From: a virus
Taxonomy: Duplodnaviria; Caudoviricetes
Length of the DNA: 53,788 bases
IMG/VR virus record: IMGVR_UViG_3300031953_000017
Coordinates: 1-53,788 of that record
Strand: one strand, 5' to 3'
The position numbers and the translations under genes were made by a program. The notes under the pieces were generated by a model. It searched no databases. It was not told where the DNA came from and saw only the letters and a program-made list of their open reading frames with translations. How positions within the stretch are numbered: the stretch's first letter is position 1; each line of letters begins with the position of its first letter. Of this stretch, positions 16,307 through 26,130 are shown one piece after another.

Positions 16307-16566
16307 GCGAGCTCAAGGTTGGCGACCACGTTTGGCTCGATGATCCCGGCCCGAAAAAGGTTCACTGGATCATCATCCACATAGGCCAGGGGCTGGCTGG
16401 CCCCGGCCTCAAGACCCGGAAAACGGTAGAGCTGGGAAAGACGTTCACCTACGCAAATCTAAGATCCGGCCTGACCGGAATCCATAAACGTGGCGTAGCC
16501 ATCGAACGGCTCACGCTGCATACGAAAGGACAGGTCGATGGCATTCGGCAAGAAGAAAAAGGTTGA
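16303..16566 (+). CDS. hypothetical protein (possible SH3-like barrel)
   Basis: LKVGDHVW start is typical of small beta barrels. Confidence 0.6.
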   Translation: MSELKVGDHVWLDDPGPKKVHWIIIHIGQGLAGPGLKTRKTVELGKTFTYANLRSGLTGIHKRGVAIERLTLHTKGQVDGIRQEEKG

Positions 16567-16726
16567 CCCGGCGCAGCAAGCGGCGGAACAAGCGATGCAG
16601 CTGTGGATCCGAAACGAGATGCAGGCGGAAGGTCTCGTGCAGAAGGTTGACGGCCAGCTGATCGTGCGCGACGGCACTCGCGCCTTCATGGTCGAGGTCA
16701 CCGTACTCGACGTTACGGGGGCGTGA
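16538..16726 (+). CDS. hypothetical protein
   Basis: AAAGGA RBS; 62 aa. Confidence 0.6.
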   Translation: MAFGKKKKVDPAQQAAEQAMQLWIRNEMQAEGLVQKVDGQLIVRDGTRAFMVEVTVLDVTGA

Positions 16727-17148
16727 TGCTCGACAGGAGAAGCCCGGAGTGGCTGAAGGTGAAAGACGAGCTCGTCAAGTTCGGAAGGATCTACAGCCCT
16801 GGCGAGGATGATCGAGAGCCAGTATTCGCAGCGGTCGACTGGCTAACTGCCACGATTTCGGCGCGGGGAAACGAGGCAGATATGTTCTCTGATCTCCTTC
16901 TGGAGAAGTCCAGAGAGGTTGCTCGGCTCAAGAGCGATCTGGCCGAACTGCGGGAGGACATCGAGATTGGCCGAGCCAAGGAGCATCGGCTTGATCAAAT
17001 GCTCTCCAGTGTCGCTGGGGACGGTGACGACGAAATCGTGGTCACAGCTCGATACGATGGAATGTTCAACCGTTGGATGATCCATAGCATCTCGAGAGTT
17101 GCCGAGCTCGACCCGAAGCCGAAGGCCAAGCCAGCAACGAAGATCTAG
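16723..17148 (+). CDS. hypothetical coiled-coil protein
   Basis: 141 aa; heptad-like central segment. Confidence 0.65.
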   Translation: MMLDRRSPEWLKVKDELVKFGRIYSPGEDDREPVFAAVDWLTATISARGNEADMFSDLLLEKSREVARLKSDLAELREDIEIGRAKEHRLDQMLSSVAGDGDDEIVVTARYDGMFNRWMIHSISRVAELDPKPKAKPATKI

Positions 17149-17169
17149 CGCTGGGCTATACTGCCGAAC

Positions 17170-17784
17170 ATGGCACCATCACCACTTAGTGAAGTTTCGA
17201 TCTACGCCGCAGTCGGCAGCGATGGAGAGTTGAGCGGTCTCGACGACCAGCTACTCAAAATCGTTGCCGCTGCTGGCGGTCACATCTCCGGCGAGGAAAT
17301 CGCCAAAGAGCTTGGCATCTCCAGCATGACCCCGATGCGTTGCGTACAGCGCATTCGTGAGATATTGAAGAGTCAAGACATCCTCTCGCAGTCAGATCAG
17401 AAAGCTCTGATCCTGCGAGATTTTGTGGCTTTGCGCGACAAGCTTTTTGAGCAGATCAACGACGGCGATGAAGTGGTTACCAAAGACGGCGACGTCATCT
17501 CCGTCCCGACCAGCGCCGGCTACTACAACGCGATGATCCGCCTCCTGAAAGAGTGGAGCGCGTTGATTACGTCGATGCGTACCGACATTAGCCAAGAGAC
17601 TGTCTTGATCCGCCAAGCTCATGCGAAAATCATGATCAGCGCGATCGAGGTCATGTTTGGCGGCATGATGGACGAACTCAAAAAGCAAGGGTACGACATC
17701 CCTAACGCCCTCGGCATGCAGATACTCGAAGAGATCATGCCCAAAGTTTTCCAAGCGCTCGACGAAAAAACCAGCCATGACTAA
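17170..17784 (+). CDS. probable terminase small subunit
   Basis: HTH-like GEEIAKELGI; helical; overlaps the large terminase start. Confidence 0.6.
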   Translation: MAPSPLSEVSIYAAVGSDGELSGLDDQLLKIVAAAGGHISGEEIAKELGISSMTPMRCVQRIREILKSQDILSQSDQKALILRDFVALRDKLFEQINDGDEVVTKDGDVISVPTSAGYYNAMIRLLKEWSALITSMRTDISQETVLIRQAHAKIMISAIEVMFGGMMDELKKQGYDIPNALGMQILEEIMPKVFQALDEKTSHD

Positions 17785-19390
17785 TGCCGGCAACTCTTGG
17801 CTGGGGGGACTCGAGAACGATGTACTCGCCGAGATCCGCGCCAAAAGCCAGAAGGCCATCTATCTGAGCGATCCCGAAGCTTGGCTCTGGGATGTCCTCG
17901 GCTACCGCTGGCACGCCAAGCAGCGCGAGATCGGTGACGCGTTCCTCAACAACCGACGCATCGCGATCAAGTCTTCCAACGGTGCCGGCAAGTCTCGACA
18001 GGTTGGTGAGCTCATAACGTGGGGCGTATCCGTACACGAACCCGGCGAGTTGCTGGCAATCTGTTCCGCGCCGACCATGCGCCAGATTGAGCAGACGACG
18101 TTCGCCTACCTCGCGGCCAACTACAGCCGAATGAAGGCACGCAAGTATGCGCCTATCGGTCGGCTCACATCATCCATGTGGACGTATCAGGAAGACAGCC
18201 GCAGCCGCGCCAAGAGCCTCGTGCTGGGCCAGAAACCTTCCGACCAAGACATTATCGGTTCGTTCCAGGGTATTCGAGCTATTGGCGACGACGGCGAAGG
18301 TAAGGCGTCGAAGACGTGGGTGCTGCTGGATGAAGGTGGCTCGGTGCCGGCTGACCTGTTCGTCGCGGCCGAAGCGGTAACGACAGGTGCTGCCGACAAC
18401 AAGATTCTGACGATCGGAAACCCCGACTCCACCGGCACCTACTTCCAGAAGATCTTTGAGGATCCCCGCATCTCTCAGGACTGGTCGACGAACACCATAT
18501 CGGCGTTCGACCTGCCCACTTTCACGGGCGAGACTGTCTATCCGAACGACCCGAAGATGCAAGAGGCCATGCTGAGCTCGGGAATGATCGACCGCGCATG
18601 GGTGGAGCAGAAAGAGCGAGCCTGGGGCAAAGAGTCGGCGCGTTACCTGTCGAAGGTGCTTGGCCAGTTCCCTGACGGCGACGACTGGTCGTTCTTCCCG
18701 CAGAGCGTCATCAACAAGGCGGACGAAGCCGAGATCGAAGAGGACGAACTGGGCGCACGCACGCTCGGCGTTGACCTCGCTGATGGTGGCCCTGACGACT
18801 CGAAGGCGTACCTGAATGTCAACGGCCGCGTTCGCCACCGCCGCACATGGAACGAAGGAAACGAGTCGGTCGGCCAGATCCATGAGCAAGCTGTCGCCAC
18901 CGACGCTAGTGTCGTCGTCATCGACCGTATCGGTGTCGGCGCTGGCCCCTACAACGTGCTGGCCGCGCGTGTCGACCGCTACTACACTCTGGTCGGAGCG
19001 AAAGCCTCCGAGAAGAGTCCAGACCCGTCACAGTGGGCGAACGCTCGAGCGTACTGGTACGACATGCTGCGTGAAGGCATGAAGAAGGGCGAGGTCGACC
19101 TCGACTTCTACGATGAAGATGACAAGGGCAACGAGATCGGCCGGCTTCTGAAGGAGCAGCTGGAGTCGATCATCTACGGATTCAACAACAAGGGCGCCAT
19201 CCTGATTGAGTCCAAAAAGGACATGCGCAAGCGTGGGGTGAAATCCCCTGACGACCTCGACGCTGTAATTTTTGCCTACGCGGTCAACGCCCAGGTGATC
19301 GCCGAAGACCCTCTTGCTGGCCGCGAAGGCGACATTGCGCTGGAGGATCCTTACGACGAGTTTGAGAGCATGGCGGGGTTCCCCATCTAG
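17777..19390 (+). CDS. terL: terminase large subunit
   Basis: Walker A SSNGAGKS, Walker B VLLDEG, IGNP motif, nuclease GVDLADGGPD and SPDDLDA. Confidence 0.93.
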   Translation: MTNAGNSWLGGLENDVLAEIRAKSQKAIYLSDPEAWLWDVLGYRWHAKQREIGDAFLNNRRIAIKSSNGAGKSRQVGELITWGVSVHEPGELLAICSAPTMRQIEQTTFAYLAANYSRMKARKYAPIGRLTSSMWTYQEDSRSRAKSLVLGQKPSDQDIIGSFQGIRAIGDDGEGKASKTWVLLDEGGSVPADLFVAAEAVTTGAADNKILTIGNPDSTGTYFQKIFEDPRISQDWSTNTISAFDLPTFTGETVYPNDPKMQEAMLSSGMIDRAWVEQKERAWGKESARYLSKVLGQFPDGDDWSFFPQSVINKADEAEIEEDELGARTLGVDLADGGPDDSKAYLNVNGRVRHRRTWNEGNESVGQIHEQAVATDASVVVIDRIGVGAGPYNVLAARVDRYYTLVGAKASEKSPDPSQWANARAYWYDMLREGMKKGEVDLDFYDEDDKGNEIGRLLKEQLESIIYGFNNKGAILIESKKDMRKRGVKSPDDLDAVIFAYAVNAQVIAEDPLAGREGDIALEDPYDEFESMAGFPI

Positions 19391-19449
19391 TTTTGCGTGT
19401 TTTATTGCCGAAAAGCGAGAAAAAACGCTCAATAGCCTAGAATCGCGGC

Positions 19450-21021
19450 ATGGCATCTTCCAGCGAAACTAAAACCCGGTTCATTGACAAGATCGTAGGG
19501 CCAAGTCCGCGACAGATTGAGCTCGAGGGTTACATCGAGAACATCGAGGGCGCTTTCGCGATGATGCGCGACAAGCACGAGAACCTACAGATCGACGCGG
19601 CCGACGGCCCCCAGAACATGCACGAAGCTCTTGCCGGTATCGACATGATGCTGGATGCCCGGGGCTGGACAAGCATCTTTGAGTACGAAGAGGATGGCGG
19701 GCTGACGCTACGCCAGATCAAAGAAGCGTCCCGCCAGATCCGCGAGCTGGTCGTCGGCAACCCGTTCATCGCCAACGGCGCCCGAATCCGCACAGCCGCA
19801 TCCTGGGCTGGTGGTGTGGAGTTCTCCTGCCAGAACCGCACCGGGGATCGCTCCAATAAGCAGTTGCCGGCCAAAGTGCAAGACATCATGGAGACCCCCT
19901 GGGCGCAGCGTTACATTTTCGGCAACCGCGCGCATGGCGAGCTGGAGCGTGGCGCATTCTCTGACGGCAACCTGTTCTTCCTCGGCCGCGACATCGACAA
20001 GAAGATTCAGCGCATCCAGCTGCAGGAGATTGTCGGAGCGCTGCACAACCCGAACAACTCGGAAGAGATTTTCGCCTACCGTCGCCAGTGGAACCCTGAC
20101 CCCCAAAACCCGAACAAGAACCAAGAGATGCGTACCCGCTGGTATTACACCGACGCGGTTCCGGTTGGCGAGCGCAAGGGCAGCATCCGGGTGCGTGGCG
20201 GGCAGCTGGAGATTGCCGAGGTTGGCTACACGATGATCGACGTCGCGTTCAATCGGCAGATCGGCTGGGCGTTCGGCGTGCCTGACGCACTCTGCATCGT
20301 CGCCTGGTCTCGCCTCTACAAAGAGTTCCTGACCAACGGTTACGTCATGAGCCGGTCGCTGGCGAAGCTCGCCTACAAGATCACGGTCAACAACGCCAAG
20401 GGTGGGCAGAACGCCTCCCACACGATCAACAAGCCGGGGCAGGCTGGCTCCACGTTCGTCGAAGGTTCGGGAAACGCGCTCACGCCGCTGGCGACAGCCG
20501 GTAAAGGCTACGACTTCGACTCCGGCAACGGTCTTGCCGGTGCAATCGCGGCCGGACTGGGAGTGTCGCTTCTGGCGCTCCTGTCGAACCCGGCAGCCGC
20601 AACGGGATCTAGTGCTGCAGCCCAGACGCTCGACCCCATCGCCAAGGCCACGGCAGCCGTCCGTCGCTCAGAGTGGGAGGATGATTTCGTCCGCATCTTC
20701 CGCTACTTGGGTCTTGAGAAGAAACTCGTCACCACATGGTACGAGCTCAAAGAGGACACGTTGCAGCGCCTCATGCAGGCGTGGACGCTCGTCGACGGCA
20801 TGGAGGTATTCGGGGCAGAGATCATGCAGCGCGAGGTTTCGCGGGTCATGAACATCAGCGACCCCGGCAAGATCCCCGCGGGCTGGAAGCCGAAGTCTCA
20901 GCGTGGCGCTGAAGACCTCAGTACGGCTGGAAACTCTGGCGCAACGAGCGGTTCAGGTCAAGGCTCAGACGACGGATCTAAAGGCTCTGACGACGACCAC
21001 GACGACGACAACGACAATTAG
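19450..21021 (+). CDS. portal protein
   Basis: 523 aa directly after terminase; DGNLF and FGVPD motifs; acidic disordered tail. Confidence 0.85.
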   Translation: MASSSETKTRFIDKIVGPSPRQIELEGYIENIEGAFAMMRDKHENLQIDAADGPQNMHEALAGIDMMLDARGWTSIFEYEEDGGLTLRQIKEASRQIRELVVGNPFIANGARIRTAASWAGGVEFSCQNRTGDRSNKQLPAKVQDIMETPWAQRYIFGNRAHGELERGAFSDGNLFFLGRDIDKKIQRIQLQEIVGALHNPNNSEEIFAYRRQWNPDPQNPNKNQEMRTRWYYTDAVPVGERKGSIRVRGGQLEIAEVGYTMIDVAFNRQIGWAFGVPDALCIVAWSRLYKEFLTNGYVMSRSLAKLAYKITVNNAKGGQNASHTINKPGQAGSTFVEGSGNALTPLATAGKGYDFDSGNGLAGAIAAGLGVSLLALLSNPAAATGSSAAAQTLDPIAKATAAVRRSEWEDDFVRIFRYLGLEKKLVTTWYELKEDTLQRLMQAWTLVDGMEVFGAEIMQREVSRVMNISDPGKIPAGWKPKSQRGAEDLSTAGNSGATSGSGQGSDDGSKGSDDDHDDDNDN

Positions 21022-21041
21022 TTCTCGGCGTTGCGCCGCAT

Positions 21042-21064
21042 ATGCCCTGAAAGGCATGTAACAT
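21042..21064 (+). promoter_or_regulatory. palindromic operator abutting a TAACAT -10 box
   Basis: ATGCC-N6-GGCAT-G-TAACAT, ATG 7 nt downstream. Confidence 0.6.
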
Positions 21065-21071
21065 CACTGAC

Positions 21072-22187
21072 ATGAGTACGAAGATCAGCGAGCGCGCCGG
21101 GAACGTCATCTCACTGCCCGAAGGCAAGGGCGACGTCTACCTCGTTCGCCTTATGGGCTGGGAAGATGGCGACACCGTTGTCGAAGGCTCCAGCGCCGAC
21201 TACCCAATCGAAGCCATCAAGCGAGACTTCGCCGAAGCATTCCCCAAGGGCACGCGCATGAAGGCGAACCACGACGGGATCTGTGAAGCTGGCGGCGACA
21301 TTCGCCGCATCATGGCCAAGACGATCGAGGATGCCTACGCTGGCGAAGATGGCATGTACGCCAAGGTTCGTGTCGCAGAGCAGTACAACACTTTCGCCGA
21401 AGAGTTTTTCGACGTGATCGGAACGTCGATCTCTGCCGGCTGTGAGCTGGCGACTGAGGCCGCGCGCGACGACGATGGAGATCTGATCCTTGACCACGAG
21501 GGCAAGCCGAGTATGATCACAAAGCGCAGCGAGCGTGGTGCGGTCGTCGTTGAGCGGTTCCTTACAGCCAAGGAATCCCCGTACAACTCAGTAGATTTCG
21601 TTGAAGCCCCCGGCGCAGACGGTCGGGTTGTGGCGCGTGCCGTCGAGAGCGCCAAGGTAGCCCTTGAAGGCTTCACGGTTCGGGAGGCGGCGACCTTTAT
21701 CAAGGGAACCGTCAAGCCCGTCAAAGAGAATTCCCCAGCAACCCCGCTGCGGAGTAATGAGGAGGAACACATGGATGAGGCAGAGCGTAAAGCTTTTGCC
21801 AGCGAAGTTGCGGAGAGTGTAAAAACTTCCGTACTCGCTGAACTCCGTCCGGCAGAGTCCGCCCCCGAACAGCCCACTCTCGGATCGCTTTCCGAGGCCG
21901 TCATTGCGGCGGGGCTGACCGAGGCTGGACGCGCCGAAGTCTACGCACGGGTCGAACGCGGCGAAACGCTTGAGGGCGCAATCGCAGCTGAGACCACGCG
22001 CGAGGCTGACATCGAAGCAGAAGTGAATCGTCGGGTTGAGGCAGCTACGGCCAAGCCGACCAGCGACGTGTTCGACTTCGGCTACGAAAGTGGCGACCGA
22101 AGTGGTGCCAAGCTCGGCACCGAATCTGACCGTGCCGATTCCGGCAAGATCAACGAAGAGTTCGACGCAATCATGGGAGCGGAATAA
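21072..22187 (+). CDS. capsid maturation protease fused to scaffolding domain
   Basis: H..., GTSISAG and SVDFVEAPGADGRV herpes-like protease motifs; helical acidic C-terminal part. Confidence 0.8.
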   Translation: MSTKISERAGNVISLPEGKGDVYLVRLMGWEDGDTVVEGSSADYPIEAIKRDFAEAFPKGTRMKANHDGICEAGGDIRRIMAKTIEDAYAGEDGMYAKVRVAEQYNTFAEEFFDVIGTSISAGCELATEAARDDDGDLILDHEGKPSMITKRSERGAVVVERFLTAKESPYNSVDFVEAPGADGRVVARAVESAKVALEGFTVREAATFIKGTVKPVKENSPATPLRSNEEEHMDEAERKAFASEVAESVKTSVLAELRPAESAPEQPTLGSLSEAVIAAGLTEAGRAEVYARVERGETLEGAIAAETTREADIEAEVNRRVEAATAKPTSDVFDFGYESGDRSGAKLGTESDRADSGKINEEFDAIMGAE

Positions 22188-22606
22188 TGGCTAACGGTGT
22201 CGTAAAAAACAGCGGCATGTGGGCCTCGATCTGGGTCAAGGAAGTAAACCTTGGCAGCACCGAGGCCAGCCTTCCGGGCGGTAGCGCAGCTGCAGCGATC
22301 AACAAGATTACTCAGGTCGGCGCGAAGATCGGCGTCATCACCGAAGTCCCCCAGATCCGTGAAGACGGAAACTTCTGGGCGACCGTCGACATGGCCGCAC
22401 TCGTGCGCCTCGAAGGAATGTCCGGCACGGGTACTGACGGGGCAACCGTCTACAAGGCTGCCGGCATCGCCGGAGCGCCCAAGCTGGCATCCACTGTGGG
22501 GTCACCTCCTATCGGATTCCTCGATCGCCCCAAGTTGGCGACCGGCGATGACGCTTGGGTGCAGCTCGTCCCCGCCCTTTCAATCGCCTCGACCCAAACG
22601 GCATAA
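22187..22606 (+). CDS. capsid decoration/cement protein
   Basis: 139 aa Gly/Ala-rich beta protein between scaffold and capsid. Confidence 0.6.
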   Translation: MANGVVKNSGMWASIWVKEVNLGSTEASLPGGSAAAAINKITQVGAKIGVITEVPQIREDGNFWATVDMAALVRLEGMSGTGTDGATVYKAAGIAGAPKLASTVGSPPIGFLDRPKLATGDDAWVQLVPALSIASTQTA

Positions 22607-22620
22607 GGAGCCCATAAATC

Positions 22621-23766
22621 ATGCCTACAAAATCACAGCTCGAGGCCGCAAAGCTTTGGCGAGCGGCGGAAGGCAAGTCGCTTACTGTCGACGGCCCCGC
22701 GCCCACTCGCCGCGAGCAGAGCGCAGCGCAGATCAAGTTCTCGGAGTCGATCGCCTATGGCGGACTCGCTACCCAGCTGCAGCCGGCACTCGTCCGCACG
22801 CTCCGTAGCTACTTCGATTCGACCCCCGTTGTCGCCGACCAGTTCACGCGCCTTTGGGAGCTCGAAGGAATCGACCGGGATGAAGAGTACAACATCTACG
22901 GCTTCAATCAGGACGACATTCCTGAGACCAACAACGGTGACACGTTCATCCCCGGTGGTCTTCCGTCGATCGGCCGTCGTGAGTCGTACCCCGAAATCGG
23001 TGTGCAGGCTTCTGGCAAGAAAGGCCGCGTAAGCAAGGTCGGTGAAGCTTTCGGAATTGACTGGGAAAGCCTGGTCAACTCCAAGGGTTCCAAGATCAAC
23101 CTGATTCGCGATGCGATCGAGCGTTTCGGCCGCGATGCCGCAAACGAGGGTGACATCCGTGTCGCCAAGCAGCTAGTGAACTCGAGCGGATTCGTCACTA
23201 CGGGCGAGATGGCCAACGCTACGGCGCTGACCGGCAACCCCGACTTGCTCGACCCGCTCAGCCTCGCAGAAGCTATCGCGCAGCTGCAGGCCGTTCAGGT
23301 TCAGGGCATGGAGAACGAGGTCTCCAAGTTCGTCGTGTTGACCTCCGTGGCCAACGCACCGAAGATCCGACAAGGTATCGCCAACCGTCGCATCATCCGT
23401 AATCCGGGTGTTGAGGCTGGCGCTTCTTGGGAAGAGACCGTCGACTACGGCGCTGAAGTTGAAGTCCTCGGCTTCAGCTGGCTCAAGTCGATCTGGTCGG
23501 GCATTGGTTCTGGAGCGCTCATTGTTCCCGTTCCTCGCGCCGAACAGCTCCCCGTGCTGACCCGTAACCGACTCCAGGGCTACGCTGAGCCGTCGTTCTG
23601 GATCAAGGACTCGAACGCCAAGAGCGCCAACGGTGGCGGGGAGATCAACCCCGAAGCCGATGGTGACTTCGACAGCGATGCAATCGTGTCCAAGGTTCGC
23701 CACGTTGTTGGAGCCTCAACGCTCTGGGCCAACCAGATCGGTTACACGACCGGCAGCAACACCTAA
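22621..23766 (+). CDS. major capsid protein
   Basis: 381 aa; strong RBS; KVGEAFGIDWESLVN and GDFDSDAIVSKVRH are HK97-fold-type motifs; followed by hairpins. Confidence 0.88.
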   Translation: MPTKSQLEAAKLWRAAEGKSLTVDGPAPTRREQSAAQIKFSESIAYGGLATQLQPALVRTLRSYFDSTPVVADQFTRLWELEGIDRDEEYNIYGFNQDDIPETNNGDTFIPGGLPSIGRRESYPEIGVQASGKKGRVSKVGEAFGIDWESLVNSKGSKINLIRDAIERFGRDAANEGDIRVAKQLVNSSGFVTTGEMANATALTGNPDLLDPLSLAEAIAQLQAVQVQGMENEVSKFVVLTSVANAPKIRQGIANRRIIRNPGVEAGASWEETVDYGAEVEVLGFSWLKSIWSGIGSGALIVPVPRAEQLPVLTRNRLQGYAEPSFWIKDSNAKSANGGGEINPEADGDFDSDAIVSKVRHVVGASTLWANQIGYTTGSNT

Positions 23767-23784
23767 GTCGCCCACAAGGCACGC

Positions 23785-23912
23785 CAGAACGGCCTCACTC
23801 GTAAAGTGTGGGGCCGTTCTGTTATGCTCAGACCGATAGCCCGCTTCTCCAGCTCGGCCTTCTGCCTGAACCCCAGCAACCCGTCCGCCCACGAGCGAGG
23901 TTGCTGGGGTTC
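23785..23912 (+). terminator. two tandem 14-bp stem-loops after the capsid gene
   Basis: 23785-23798/23808-23821 and 23868-23881/23899-23912. Confidence 0.65.
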
Positions 23913-23938
23913 TGGTGTCTCGCGTGTAGGATGCGACT

Positions 23939-24400
23939 ATGGCAAACTCAGGCACCTACCCACCGAACTTTGACACCGATGTCGGACTTGTGCGTCTGTT
24001 GACCAGCGACACCGAGCCGACAATCCTTCACGGGCTGGATGGAGCGCCCGACCAGTACTTTTACCTATGGGCTGGCGATACCGAGATCCAGGCTTACATT
24101 CGGGTAACCGGATCCCCGCAGAGCGCAGCGCTTCGCATTCTGCGCCTGGTGGCAATGACCCCGGCGATGCAGTACAAGAAGTGGTCGAGCGCCGACCTGT
24201 CCGTCGATGGCGCCGCGATCAGCCGTGCGCTGCGTGAGCTTATCAACGACATCGAAAAGTCCCTGAACGGCGACGACGAAAAAGCTTCTAGCGAATACTT
24301 CAACCTTGTCAGCACGGGAACCTCAATGGGGCAGCCGGCATTCTTCCAGACGCTAAGCTATGGCGGGGTCGAAATCGACACAACCATTGCGATCATCTGA
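23939..24400 (+). CDS. head-to-tail adaptor
   Basis: VGLVRLLTSD...DTEIQAYI...DLSVDG pattern; synteny. Confidence 0.75.
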   Translation: MANSGTYPPNFDTDVGLVRLLTSDTEPTILHGLDGAPDQYFYLWAGDTEIQAYIRVTGSPQSAALRILRLVAMTPAMQYKKWSSADLSVDGAAISRALRELINDIEKSLNGDDEKASSEYFNLVSTGTSMGQPAFFQTLSYGGVEIDTTIAII

Positions 24401-24867
24401 TGGGAGTCTTCGCCTTCGGGCCGAGCGTCACCTCGATCGACCTTCAGGGTATCGCCACAGCCATGCGTCCCACTCTCGAAATGTGGATGAATGCACACAT
24501 TCGGATCATCGACCCGCAGCGTGAAGACTCGACGACGTATGACCCCACGCTCGACACGGGAGGCGTTGCAACCAGCGCCATAGTGTTCGACTCTGGCGAG
24601 AACGGGGCAATCATCCAGCCCATTCGCAGCCCCTCCCGAATCGACGTCGGCGGGCAAGCTAATGGACTGTTGGGGATCCGCTTTCAAGTCAAACGCAACG
24701 AGTCCCCTCCCGCAGCCGGGACAGTGCGTGGTGGTCTTCTCGTGCAGGTGGTCAACGGCGGCAACCTGTCAGTGCCCGCGTTCTGGCGTTTCGGCTTGGC
24801 GGAGGCGATCGACTCAAGCCTTGCGTGGGATCACATATACGATGCCACCCTGATCACGGGAGGCTAG
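24400..24867 (+). CDS. head-to-tail stopper
   Basis: Synteny; beta-rich; YDP motif. Confidence 0.6.
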   Translation: MGVFAFGPSVTSIDLQGIATAMRPTLEMWMNAHIRIIDPQREDSTTYDPTLDTGGVATSAIVFDSGENGAIIQPIRSPSRIDVGGQANGLLGIRFQVKRNESPPAAGTVRGGLLVQVVNGGNLSVPAFWRFGLAEAIDSSLAWDHIYDATLITGG

Positions 24868-24868
24868 C

Positions 24869-25351
24869 GTGGCTCAGACCCAATGGAAGAGCGGCCGGGA
24901 CATGCGTACCCTGATCCTCGAAGTCAAAGAGCGCGCCGACGACATGAAGAAGCAAGCCGTCGAAGCACTTGAGCTCAGCATAGAAGAGGGCGCTCGGGCG
25001 ACACAGGACAACCTTGAGGCTGCTACGACTCGCACAGGTCTCGCCCGGGCCAGAGGGCAGGCGATGGTCTTCGATCCCATGCGCAGCGACACGGCCGGCA
25101 CTTTCCCGGGTCGCCACGACAGCGGAAACATGGTGGGGTCAGTCAGCAGCGAAGTCCGAACCCCCAGGGCCAAAATCGTCTGGGGTGTGTTCGGCTGGTG
25201 GGGCGCAAACTATGAAGAGTACTTCCGCGACCAGGATCTCGGTGAAGGCAACATCCCCGCGGCGCGTGCCTTGCCACAGGCTGAGGTGATGGCTCGAGAA
25301 AACTTCCGTCGACGCATGCAAAGAATCGTCGACGGCAAGGGGGTATCGTAA
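24869..25351 (+). CDS. neck protein (HK97 gp10-like)
   Basis: GRHDSGNMVGSV and YFRDQDLG resemble the DTGxL...YxEyG motifs; synteny. Confidence 0.6.
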   Translation: MAQTQWKSGRDMRTLILEVKERADDMKKQAVEALELSIEEGARATQDNLEAATTRTGLARARGQAMVFDPMRSDTAGTFPGRHDSGNMVGSVSSEVRTPRAKIVWGVFGWWGANYEEYFRDQDLGEGNIPAARALPQAEVMARENFRRRMQRIVDGKGVS

Positions 25352-25355
25352 AGCC

Positions 25356-25802
25356 ATGAGCCTTGACGGAAACCCAGAAAAAGATGCTATCGAGACGCAC
25401 CTGAAGGCGCTCGTCGGTGGCCGCGTGCTGCGGAACCTTCCCGAAGAGCTACAGCTCGTCCGCGACAATACGACTGCCCTGATAAAGCCATACATCTACC
25501 TGTCTTTTGGTTCGCTCTACCCTTCGGCCGAGGATCGGTCGATTGAGGGTGAAGCTCAGCAGCCACACATCATGCCAATCACGATCGAATGCTGGGCGAC
25601 GGTCAAGAGCGCGGCAGAGGCTACGGCGGGTGCCGTGCGGACGCTGATGATTGGCTGGGACATGGGAATTGACAACGCTAGCGAAATCGCGGCGCGTGGT
25701 GGCGGCAACTTTGAGAGCAAAGATGCAAGCGGACGACCAACTCGGTTTATGGAGTCTGTCGTGCTGGTGACGACGATCAACCTCAGCACCACCGCGCCAT
25801 AG
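25356..25802 (+). CDS. tail terminator
   Basis: PYIYL motif; size; position before the tail tube genes. Confidence 0.7.
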   Translation: MSLDGNPEKDAIETHLKALVGGRVLRNLPEELQLVRDNTTALIKPYIYLSFGSLYPSAEDRSIEGEAQQPHIMPITIECWATVKSAAEATAGAVRTLMIGWDMGIDNASEIAARGGGNFESKDASGRPTRFMESVVLVTTINLSTTAP

Positions 25803-25809
25803 TGAGCAT

Positions 25810-25832
25810 ATTCCCTTTGAAGCATGTAACAT
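25810..25832 (+). promoter_or_regulatory. operator variant abutting a TAACAT -10 box
   Basis: ATTCC-N6-AGCAT-G-TAACAT, ATG 7 nt downstream; near copy of 21042-21064. Confidence 0.6.
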
Positions 25833-25839
25833 CTGCTAT

Positions 25840-26130
25840 ATGAGCACGCCCACTATCAACACACGTCACACCGTCACGGGCAAACTGCAGCGCCTCACTG
25901 TTGACCAGATCGCTTCATTCTCGAAGCATCTTGAATTGGTCGAGGACGACGCAAAGCCCTACGAACCGGGCATGTTCAAGCCCGGTAAGGTCGGGGAGTT
26001 CAAGAACTCTTCGCCCACCCCCAGCGCCCCTGCCGGCAAGCCCTCCAAGGGTAAGGCGAACGCGGAAGCTGACCCAATTGAGGACGCTGGAACCAGTGAC
26101 ACCTCCGACACTGAAGGAGACTCCAAGTGA
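25840..26130 (+). CDS. hypothetical protein
   Basis: 96 aa with low-complexity tail. Confidence 0.7.
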   Translation: MSTPTINTRHTVTGKLQRLTVDQIASFSKHLELVEDDAKPYEPGMFKPGKVGEFKNSSPTPSAPAGKPSKGKANAEADPIEDAGTSDTSDTEGDSK

